From a virus, in IMG/VR virus record IMGVR_UViG_3300037419_001387: a DNA stretch of 62,853 nucleotides; one strand, given 5' to 3'. Positions 45,844 to 53,028 of this stretch are shown one piece after another; within the stretch, counting starts at the first letter, position 1; each line of letters opens with the position of its first letter. Position numbers and translations under genes: made by a program. The notes beneath the pieces are model-generated. The model did no database searches. It worked only from the letters and a program-made list of their open reading frames with translations, and was not told the origin of the DNA.

Positions 45844-46170
45844 TCACCCCTTCGCTTCGACCGTCATCAAGTGGTCGCACAGCGCGCCCTTCACTTCTTG
45901 TCGCAGCGCGATGCGCTGTCGTTCCTCTTCCATCAGAATTTCGAGCAACGCGCTGCGTGCGGCAGTCGTCTTTTCGCTATCCGGCTGCTCGCGATATGCG
46001 ACGGCATAGGCATCGGCGGCGACCAGGGCGTGCACCGCAAGCGATCCCGAGCTTCTCGTGGCGCTGGTTGATCGCGAAGGCTCTGGCGCCACGTAGCTCC
46101 AGCAATCGGTACGCTTGCAGCATTCGATGTGGTTGAAATCGCCGAAGCGACTGCATCTAGGGGCGCTCAT
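45844..46170 (-). CDS. Hypothetical protein
   Basis: AAGGAGA RBS. MSAPRCSRFGDFNHIECCKRTDCW... Confidence 0.5.
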   Translation of the reverse strand: MSAPRCSRFGDFNHIECCKRTDCWSYVAPEPSRSTSATRSSGSLAVHALVAADAYAVAYREQPDSEKTTAARSALLEILMEEERQRIALRQEVKGALCDHLMTVEAKG

Positions 46171-46327
46171 CGATATCTCCTTGTTGGTTAGTCCGGGGTT
46201 GCCACGGCCAGCGAATGTGAGCGCGATCAACCCAAAGTCCGATACACACGTAAGCTGCGCACAGCGCGAAAAGGACTGCGACGACCCAGAAAACAGTCGC
46301 GCCTGTGACCGTGTAGATGGTGCTCAT
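46157..46327 (-). CDS. Hand-called 56-aa single-TM membrane protein
   Basis: GGAGG RBS. MSTIYTVTGATVFWVVAVLFALCAAYVCIGLWVDRAHIRWPW... Confidence 0.5.
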   Translation of the reverse strand: MSTIYTVTGATVFWVVAVLFALCAAYVCIGLWVDRAHIRWPWQPRTNQQGDIDERP

Positions 46328-46476
46328 GCTTTGCCTCCGTTACGTTGGGGATCAGCAGTCGGTGAGACGGATGGCACGCCAGATACGTCTTTCTTCGGCT
46401 GTGGTTTTGGCGGCAGTTGCGCACCGGGGAAATTGCGGCCGTGCGGCTTGAATGGATTGCGCGGAGCCTTAGCCAT
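46324..46476 (-). CDS. Hand-called 50-aa Pro/Lys-rich ORF
   Basis: MAKAPRNPFKPHGRNFPGAQLPPKPQPKKD... It overlaps both neighbours: an ATGA junction downstream and 8 nt upstream. Confidence 0.35.
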   Translation of the reverse strand: MAKAPRNPFKPHGRNFPGAQLPPKPQPKKDVSGVPSVSPTADPQRNGGKA

Positions 46477-46849
46477 TGCCGTTCTCCTGCACGCCAAGGG
46501 TGCTTTCGATGAACTGCCGAATCAGCGGCGCAGCGAAGTGGTTGAACGGTTCGTCGCCGCGTGCAGATGCTTCCAGCTCGTCCAGCGCCTCAAGCGCCTG
46601 CATTGCCGTGATGCTCGACGCTTCAACCGAAGCCACGCCAGAAGCGACTTTCGCAAGCTCGTGCCAATCCGCTGCTGACAGGCGCTCGTGCGGGATGCGT
46701 CCGTTCGTCGTGCGGACCAGTTCGGCAAATGGTTTAATTGCCTTCTCAAGCTCGGCAACGCGGGCTTGCAATCGAACCTCTTTGGCCGTCGTCGCTCGCG
46801 TGAACTGCGACAGCTCAAGGAACAGCCGGTCAATCGTTTCTGTTTCCAT
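46469..46849 (-). CDS. Hypothetical protein
   Basis: 126 aa, helical. Confidence 0.55.
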   Translation of the reverse strand: METETIDRLFLELSQFTRATTAKEVRLQARVAELEKAIKPFAELVRTTNGRIPHERLSAADWHELAKVASGVASVEASSITAMQALEALDELEASARGDEPFNHFAAPLIRQFIESTLGVQENGNG

Positions 46850-47236
46850 TTACATCCCTCCGTCAACCGTTTTGCCCGCACCCGGCACGCCAGCAGCGTG
46901 TTGCGCCTCGTCCCAGCCGATCCTGTGCGCCTCATCCGGTAGCGATTCGCGGGGCAGTCCCATGCTGAAGGCGTTGCGGCCGATCTGAATGCCTTCGCTG
47001 ACTTCGGCTGCGGCTTGGCTCGCGGCCGCGACGCGCTCGGCGCAGCGCATGCCGAGCGCGAAGCCGATCCACGTCGCTTGCGTTTCTGCATTCGCGTATT
47101 CGGTGAGTCCGTCGCGTGTGATGCTGTCTAGCGGTAGCTGCGCCTTGAGCACCTCGGTTTCGTTGATGCCGCGCTCGAAATAGACGCGCATTACCTTGGA
47201 AGAAATCACGCCGGGACGGTCTTTGATGTCAAACAT
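46850..47236 (-). CDS. Hypothetical protein
   Basis: 128 aa. GGAGAAAGCA lies upstream of the ATG. Confidence 0.55.
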   Translation of the reverse strand: MFDIKDRPGVISSKVMRVYFERGINETEVLKAQLPLDSITRDGLTEYANAETQATWIGFALGMRCAERVAAASQAAAEVSEGIQIGRNAFSMGLPRESLPDEAHRIGWDEAQHAAGVPGAGKTVDGGM

Positions 47237-47295
47237 TGCTTTCTCCGCTCATGTCGTAGCACCCTCTACCTTTAATTTCGGATCAACAGAGGCTT

Positions 47296-47769
47296 TCATC
47301 GATTAACCTTCTGAGCGGTTTCCGTCACGCCATTGGGGACTGCTGCACGCGCTCGCTCGATCAGCCCTTCGGGGCAAGGGTTGCCTTCCTGCCATTCGAG
47401 GAAGGCGTTGACGATCCAGCGAAGCTCGGCCACTTCGCGTGCGGTGCGCAGCGCGCCCTCGGCCGCCTGCTTGCCGCGCCTGGCTGCGTCTTCCGGGTCG
47501 ATGCCGAGGCGGCGCAGTTCGGCGTCCACCTCGGCCTCTGATGCGTTCGTGAGCTTCGCAACGTCATCGCGGTAGAGCCACTCGCACAGGTCGCATTGCA
47601 GCGACTCCAGCGTTTCCGGCGAGACTTCGATGCAGCCTTGGTCGCGGCCGCCGTTGCCACGGCTTCGCACGGTCAGCAAACACTTGCCGGCGTCGGTCCG
47701 CTTGAGGTTGATGTAGGCCGGGTAATCGTTCACGGATTCCGTGTAGGCAAAGATCGTCGTGTCAGGCAT
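47296..47769 (-). CDS. Hypothetical protein
   Basis: 157 aa. Confidence 0.55.
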   Translation of the reverse strand: MPDTTIFAYTESVNDYPAYINLKRTDAGKCLLTVRSRGNGGRDQGCIEVSPETLESLQCDLCEWLYRDDVAKLTNASEAEVDAELRRLGIDPEDAARRGKQAAEGALRTAREVAELRWIVNAFLEWQEGNPCPEGLIERARAAVPNGVTETAQKVNR

Positions 47770-47772
47770 CAG

Positions 47773-48138
47773 TTACTCCTTCGCTTGAGGTTCGGAAGAC
47801 GTTTCGACATGCGAGGGCACGCCAGCAAGGTGTTGCCGCAGTGCTTCGCGCTTCATGTCGGGGTTGATGCCCTCGCCGTCCGTATAGCAGGCCCGCACGC
47901 GCTCATCGCCCCACTGAGCGGCAAGCTCTATCGCCCTGTCCACCCAGCTCTGCGCTTCAGCCGGACGCACGCCCACCGGCTCTATCCCTCCTCTTTTCTT
48001 GAGGGAGGATTCGACTTCGTTGGCCCAGCGGCGAAACTTCTCGATGGCGGTATCGTTAAAGACGCCGTTCCAAGTCGAAAACGTGCGAAGCGCGTCAGCC
48101 AATCCCTCTAGGGGCTCTGTGCTCTTTGGTTCGTTCAT
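47773..48138 (-). CDS. Hypothetical protein
   Basis: 121 aa. Its 5' end carries one copy of a 17-nt repeat (48117..48133). Confidence 0.55.
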   Translation of the reverse strand: MNEPKSTEPLEGLADALRTFSTWNGVFNDTAIEKFRRWANEVESSLKKRGGIEPVGVRPAEAQSWVDRAIELAAQWGDERVRACYTDGEGINPDMKREALRQHLAGVPSHVETSSEPQAKE

Positions 48139-48611
48139 TACCAGCCTCCGTAGATCGGTGGATGTTGCTCTGCCTCGCGATCATTCATGCATGACCAGAA
48201 GGCTTTCAGTTCTTCGCTGTAGTCGAAGCCGTTCACGAGCGGTAGCGGAATACCCTTCTGACGGAACGCAGCGAAGATGCAGGTCGGGCAGTTCTCCGTC
48301 AGCTCGCGAAGCGCAGGAAGGGCGGTTCCAAGCGCGGCGTCGATCTTGGCGGGGTCGAAGTCTTCGCGATCCGGTTCGCGCTCGAACCCGTATTCCTCGC
48401 CGGGGAAGATGCTCATGAGCGTCTTCGGATCGGGCAGCAGCGCCAGCATGTCGGCCATCGGCGTCGTTGCGTTATCGCGCTTCGTGCAGTGACCGCATTC
48501 GCGCTTCGGATTCAACGTGCATGCCTTCTCGTGCTTCGCAAGGTGAAAGCGCGAATTGCCCGCCTTTTTGCAGAAGTCGCAGTAGTAGCGCCAGCGTTTG
48601 ACGGCCTTCAT
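48138..48611 (-). CDS. Zinc-finger-like protein
   Basis: Contains YYCDFCKKAGNSRFHLAKHEKAC and CGHC ... CPTC. Confidence 0.55.
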   Translation of the reverse strand: MKAVKRWRYYCDFCKKAGNSRFHLAKHEKACTLNPKRECGHCTKRDNATTPMADMLALLPDPKTLMSIFPGEEYGFEREPDREDFDPAKIDAALGTALPALRELTENCPTCIFAAFRQKGIPLPLVNGFDYSEELKAFWSCMNDREAEQHPPIYGGW

Positions 48612-48668
48612 TCCGCAATTCCTTCCGCCCGGGCTGTGCTCTTTGGTTCGGGGGTGTTCATTTAGAGC

Positions 48669-49406
48669 CTACTGCCCGATTTGCCGCATCGCCGCGGCGG
48701 CTTGATCCGGCCCGAAAACGTGACCGATCGGCCACGTGTAAATCGTGTGATCGGCGCTGTGGATGATCAGCGCCCCGGCTTGCGTTACGTCGTCGACCGT
48801 GTCGAGCGCGCCGACATTGATGTCCAGGTGGTCCGGGATCATCCCCATCTGGCGGCTGGGCGATCGGGCAAGGTAGTCGGGGTCGCGCGTGCCTACAGGT
48901 GCGTGACCGATCAGCGTGCGAATGTCAGCCTGCCAGGCCTGCGAGCTCGTGCCCTCGTAGAGGAATTGCAGGTCGAACACCGGGAACCACAAGCTGGCCG
49001 TTCGCACCTTGCCGTGGTGCTGGTCCATGTACGTCGATGCCGGAGCCGTGCCCGCGTCGACGGCGATCAGGCGTATGTCGCTCGAGCCTGCCATCTGCGA
49101 GGCGTAGTCGATGGCCGCGTCGATCTTGGCGATGGCCGCCGGCGTGCCGTAAATGGATCCGGCCGTGAAGTCGCCGAAGTCGGGCGAGACGACGCATGCA
49201 TCGCTCGCGTCGGCGATCGCGGGGAAATTCAGCATCTCCTCCTTCGTCGCGCCCCACGAGTGCAGGTACACGATGACCTTCGACGGCGTGCCATTGCATC
49301 GCAACGTGAAGTCTTGCGGCTTCGACGCTGCTTCTCCCGAGCCGCATGCAGTGATGACAACAGCAGCTGCGATCGCGGCCGCCACGATGATGATGAACTT
49401 ACGCAT
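48669..49406 (-). CDS. Lipoprotein with a possible alpha/beta-hydrolase-like layout
   Basis: AAGGAGGG RBS. MRKFIIIVAAAIAAAVVITAC carries a lipobox. Contains VIVYLHSWG, RLIAVDAGT and WPIGHVFG. The track ORF is extended upstream. Confidence 0.6.
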   Translation of the reverse strand: MRKFIIIVAAAIAAAVVITACGSGEAASKPQDFTLRCNGTPSKVIVYLHSWGATKEEMLNFPAIADASDACVVSPDFGDFTAGSIYGTPAAIAKIDAAIDYASQMAGSSDIRLIAVDAGTAPASTYMDQHHGKVRTASLWFPVFDLQFLYEGTSSQAWQADIRTLIGHAPVGTRDPDYLARSPSRQMGMIPDHLDINVGALDTVDDVTQAGALIIHSADHTIYTWPIGHVFGPDQAAAAMRQIGQ

Positions 49407-50145
49407 GATTCCCTCCTTGGGGTGTGATTTGCTTGAACTCGACGACCCACACCCACGGGTTCGAATCCCATGAGCCTTCGCCGTTGATGGATTCCCAAAG
49501 TGCCCGGTACGCGTCGACCGCCTCTTCGTAGCCTTCGTCATGGCCGCCGTCGAAGAAGTAGCGATCGCCATGGACCTCGGTGTGAACGCCGCCGGCGCAG
49601 TGCGTATCGACGATCACGTTCTCGCACGTAATTCCTTCGGCAATCGCGTCCGCTTCGCTGATGTCCTGCAGCCGCTCGACGCGCACATCGGTGACTTCGA
49701 GCGTGATGCGCGACGCCCAGCGCGGCATGAACATGCCCTGACGGAACCTGCCGAAGCCGGGCTGGTGCGGTGCGTTGGCCTCGTACCAAACCCGGCAGCC
49801 GGGGTCGAGCTCGCGCGGCGCGCAGTCGTCAACGAGGTCTACAGCGCGCCATGCCTCGCGCACCCACAACCGATCGCCGGGCTGGCCGTACGGGCTATTG
49901 ACGCTGAAGGAACCAGCCAATGCCTTCGGCGGTCGGCTCTCGAACAGCGGGCCTCCCCACGCCTCCCAATGGTGATGCAGCGGCGCACGCTTCTCGGGTG
50001 GGAGCCATGACTCGTTGCCAAGCATGTAATGAATGCTGCATTCCGGAGGCGGCTGCGGCTTCACCGCGCGCCGCGTCTGCGTCTTCGTGCCGGCGAGCAG
50101 CGCGCGCACCATCGGCGCGGAAAAAGGAATAGGGCGTTCACGCAT
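49399..50145 (-). CDS. ASCH-domain-like protein
   Basis: N-terminus is PIPFSAPMVRALLAGTKTQTRR. Also contains MPRWASRITLEVTDVRVERLQDISEADAIAEG. Confidence 0.6.
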   Translation of the reverse strand: MRERPIPFSAPMVRALLAGTKTQTRRAVKPQPPPECSIHYMLGNESWLPPEKRAPLHHHWEAWGGPLFESRPPKALAGSFSVNSPYGQPGDRLWVREAWRAVDLVDDCAPRELDPGCRVWYEANAPHQPGFGRFRQGMFMPRWASRITLEVTDVRVERLQDISEADAIAEGITCENVIVDTHCAGGVHTEVHGDRYFFDGGHDEGYEEAVDAYRALWESINGEGSWDSNPWVWVVEFKQITPQGGNHA

Positions 50146-50818
50146 CGCCCAGCTCCTGCAGCGCTTCGTCGCGCGCGGCGTTCAGTTCGGCCATCGCAGC
50201 ATCGCTTCCGCCCTTGTCGGGATGCCGTTCCATTGCCAAGCGGCGATACGCGCGCTCGATGTCATCGCGTTTGGGCTGGAGCAATTCGCGCAGTTCGAGC
50301 ACGGCCTGCCAATCGCGCTTCATGCCCGCGACGATCGGCGGCGGCAGCGCCGTGAACCCCGTGAACGCTCTGTCCAGAATGGCAGCGCCGCCGTGCCGCT
50401 CGATCGCGCGCATCGCGTCGATGGTCGCGGCCAGCGCTGCGATGTTCTGCTCGACCTTCGTGTAGATGTCGATCGCCATGCAGCGATCGCGGCCCTTGTC
50501 GCGCCAATACACCGCCGCGCCGGGATCCGCGGGCTGCGCCTGGCCGCTGCGCGGCAGTCCGTCGAGGCGAAGCTGTAGGTTCGTGGAGATAACGACGTCG
50601 TACTCGCGAATGCCCATGCGATCGAGCTCGGTGAGCAGGCGCTGCGTCGCTTCGCCGATGGTGATGTCCTCCGTCGATTGCCAGCTGTGGCTCGAGCCGT
50701 CACCGTAGCTGCGGTGGTTCGTCTTCTTCTTCGAGAAACGACCGTAGGCGCGCGATCCGGCGGGCGTGCGCTTCCAGCCGATGGGCCATTGAAGCGGGTA
50801 GCGTGTTGGTGCGTTCAC
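50138..50818 (-). CDS. J-domain (DnaJ-like co-chaperone) protein with a phage-specific N-domain
   Basis: The C-terminus AYRRLAMERHPDKGGSD carries the HPD motif. The proposed GTG start overlaps the upstream stop (GTGA); the track start at 50926 is an alternative. Confidence 0.65.
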   Translation of the reverse strand: MNAPTRYPLQWPIGWKRTPAGSRAYGRFSKKKTNHRSYGDGSSHSWQSTEDITIGEATQRLLTELDRMGIREYDVVISTNLQLRLDGLPRSGQAQPADPGAAVYWRDKGRDRCMAIDIYTKVEQNIAALAATIDAMRAIERHGGAAILDRAFTGFTALPPPIVAGMKRDWQAVLELRELLQPKRDDIERAYRRLAMERHPDKGGSDAAMAELNAARDEALQELGDA

Positions 50819-51003
50819 GTCACGCGCTCCCAAATGCGATCGAGCGTTTCGCGCTGCTTTTCGGACAGCGAGCTCCCCGGCTGGGAGAGCTGGCGCTCGA
50901 TGCTGTCGATGAAGCTCCGCTCCCAATCGGTCAGCTTCTCCTCGCGGTTTTGACAGTCTTCGATCATCGAAGGCCAGTCGATAGGGGCGCTCGCGTCGCT
51001 CAT
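50815..51003 (-). CDS. Hypothetical small protein
   Basis: MSDASAPIDWPSMIEDCQNREEKLTDWERSFIDSIERQL... The rest of the track ORF is an Arg/Ser-rich extension with poor coding character. Confidence 0.5.
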   Translation of the reverse strand: MSDASAPIDWPSMIEDCQNREEKLTDWERSFIDSIERQLSQPGSSLSEKQRETLDRIWERVT

Positions 51004-51004
51004 G

Positions 51005-51721
51005 TCAGTGCGCCTTCGCCTTGCGCGAGCTGCGCGCGACCTTCTTGGCCAGCGGCGTGCGCTTCGATGCCTTCTTCGCTGCAGCCTGCTGCTTCGCAGC
51101 GCGACCTTCGGCGGCCGTGCCGCCTTCGACGAACGCCTGTTGCAGCCGCTCGCCCGGCGTGAGCTGAGCATCGTCTTCCTCGCCGGCGATGATGTCGCCT
51201 TGCTGCTGCGGTACCTCTGGCGCGAGCAGTTCACCGGGCACGGTGTGCTTGACGAGCACGCTGAGCTCGCCCATCGTGTCGACGTCGATGTCGGCGCAGT
51301 AGTAGTCGAAGTCGACATCGACCGTGCCGCCTTCGTGCAGCGAGAACTTGAACTTCTCGACGTCGCCTTTGGGCGGAAAGATGTTCATATCCCCGGTGAT
51401 GCCCTGGTACAGCCTCAGCGCCGTGCCGCCTTGCTTGTATTCCCAGTTGAGCGACTCGCCGATGGCCTTGGCGAACTTCGTCAACTGCGGCCGGTCGGAG
51501 ACGACTGGAATGCCTTCGAGCGCGCCTTGAGTCTGCGCCGCTGTGTTCGCCTCGAACATCACGTCGCGCAGCACGGTGTCGAACTGGTTGAGGATCGTGT
51601 TGTCGCCCGTGACGCGAACACGCAGGCGCACGGCCGGGCGCATGTCCTTCTGTCCGAGCTTTTGCTGCTGCGGATCGACGTTGAGGATGGTGAGCTGGTG
51701 TTTTCCGCAAAGTTCAAACAT
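51005..51721 (-). CDS. Hypothetical protein with a basic H1-like C-terminal tail (DNA-binding?)
   Basis: GGAGAA RBS. 238 aa. The C-terminus is AAKQQAAAKKASKRTPLAKKVARSSRKAKAH. Confidence 0.55.
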   Translation of the reverse strand: MFELCGKHQLTILNVDPQQQKLGQKDMRPAVRLRVRVTGDNTILNQFDTVLRDVMFEANTAAQTQGALEGIPVVSDRPQLTKFAKAIGESLNWEYKQGGTALRLYQGITGDMNIFPPKGDVEKFKFSLHEGGTVDVDFDYYCADIDVDTMGELSVLVKHTVPGELLAPEVPQQQGDIIAGEEDDAQLTPGERLQQAFVEGGTAAEGRAAKQQAAAKKASKRTPLAKKVARSSRKAKAH

Positions 51722-52235
51722 TGCTTTTTTCTCCGGGGTTGTGGGCGTAGAGGTACCCGTTCTTGATGCCGCTGACGGTGGACACGGGGATGACCAGGCG
51801 GGCGGCAATTGCTCGAACCTTCTCGCCGGCGGCGAGCGACGAACGGACCAGAGCTAGCTTCTCTGGCGGCATCGCATTGGCGGGCCGTTTGTTACCAGCC
51901 CGATAGGAGTGAGTGATGTTCTCGGCCCGAGTGCACCACTCCAAGTTTTCGACGTGCGCGTTCGAGCGATCGCTGTCCTTGTGATTTACTTCGGGAAGCC
52001 CGAGCGGGTTAGGCAACCAAACCAGCGCGACGAGCCTGTGCACGTAGTGCATCGATCGCGTCCCATCGCTCGTTGCAAGACAAACGACCGGATAACCTAC
52101 TTTGTAGCCTGGCACCAACCAGAGACCACGTTGTGCTCGGCCGCCAGATCGTTTCGGGTGCGACCAGACGCGACCATCCGCAGTTACGGCATAACGGTCC
52201 TCATATCCGGGGATGTCGCGCAGTTCCATATTCAA
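51714..52235 (-). CDS. HNH homing endonuclease with a NUMOD4-like N-terminus
   Basis: LRDIPGYEDRYAVTADGRVWS is NUMOD4-like. VHRLVALVWLPNP...VNHKDSDRSNAHVENLEWCTRAEN is the HNH motif. The gene looks less GC-rich than its neighbours. Confidence 0.8.
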   Translation of the reverse strand: MNMELRDIPGYEDRYAVTADGRVWSHPKRSGGRAQRGLWLVPGYKVGYPVVCLATSDGTRSMHYVHRLVALVWLPNPLGLPEVNHKDSDRSNAHVENLEWCTRAENITHSYRAGNKRPANAMPPEKLALVRSSLAAGEKVRAIAARLVIPVSTVSGIKNGYLYAHNPGEKSNV

Positions 52236-52477
52236 TGAGACTTTCCGGACTCGCCCAGCTTGACGCTGTCGAATCTGCCGCGCACACGTTGGTGGAAGAA
52301 CGAACCCTTCGAGTCCGACTGCAAGAACTCGGTGAAAAGATGCGGCGGAACATCGGCGAACCGATGCTTCGCGCCGCTGTTGAAATGCACTTCGAGCGTC
52401 TTGCTCACAGCGTCGTAACCCAGGCCGGCGATGTTCGATGACTTCACCGACTGGATCGCGATCTTCGGCTCCTTCAT
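52232..52477 (-). CDS. KTSC-domain protein
   Basis: SSNIAGLGYDAVSKTLEVHFNSGAKHRFADVPPHLFTEFLQSDSKGSFF fits the KTSC pattern. Confidence 0.65.
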   Translation of the reverse strand: MKEPKIAIQSVKSSNIAGLGYDAVSKTLEVHFNSGAKHRFADVPPHLFTEFLQSDSKGSFFHQRVRGRFDSVKLGESGKSH

Positions 52478-52779
52478 GGCGTGGGCTCGCTCATGCGGTC
52501 GGCGTGGTCACGCGCGAACGCCTTGAAGTCGTCGAGGCGGCAGCGCACCGCGGCGCGCTGGTCTTCGTTCGCGCACAAGTTCATGTAGAACTCGATCGCG
52601 TTCACCGCCCGCAGATCCTTTGCGCGCAAGACCAGCACCGGCTCGTCGTCCGGGATGGGGGCGCCAGTGACCCGGTTGAACAGTCGCCCGGACGTGTTGG
52701 TGCCGTACTTGGGCTCCTGTCCGCTACGGATCCCGAAGCCGACGGGCACACCGCCCAGCAGGTCTTCGTTCTCGTCCAT
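52474..52779 (-). CDS. Hypothetical protein
   Basis: AAGGAGGT RBS. MDENEDLLGGVPVGFGIRSGQEPKYG... Confidence 0.55.
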   Translation of the reverse strand: MDENEDLLGGVPVGFGIRSGQEPKYGTNTSGRLFNRVTGAPIPDDEPVLVLRAKDLRAVNAIEFYMNLCANEDQRAAVRCRLDDFKAFARDHADRMSEPTP

Positions 52780-52952
52780 TACGCGGCACCTCCTTTCTTC
52801 TTGGACGATTTGTGCTTGCCCTTCGCGACCTGCGTGGGCTGCTTGTCCTTCGCTTCGGCGGACGTCGACGGCGCCGACGCGTAGGCCGGGATCGCCAGAC
52901 ATGCGGCCACGGTGGCGGCCAGCAGCGGGTTCATGTGTGTGTGCTTCTTCAT
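52779..52952 (-). CDS. Hand-called 57-aa secreted Lys-rich peptide
   Basis: GGAG RBS. MKKHTHMNPLLAATVAACLAIPAYA-SAPSTSAEAKDKQPTQVAKGKHKSSKKKGGAA. TAATG junction with the next gene. Confidence 0.45.
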   Translation of the reverse strand: MKKHTHMNPLLAATVAACLAIPAYASAPSTSAEAKDKQPTQVAKGKHKSSKKKGGAA

Positions 52953-53028
52953 GGTGTGCTCCTCAAAAATGGAACGGGATGCGGCGCACTTGATCGGTCG
53001 CGCGGCGCCGCGTTGAGCGCGATTCGGT

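Noticed and set aside
46227-46424. 65-aa minus-strand track ORF (MRNCRQNHSRRKTYLACH...)
   Set aside because: It has poor composition and no RBS. Two hand-called coupled ORFs in another frame, one with a strong RBS and a TM helix, explain the region better.
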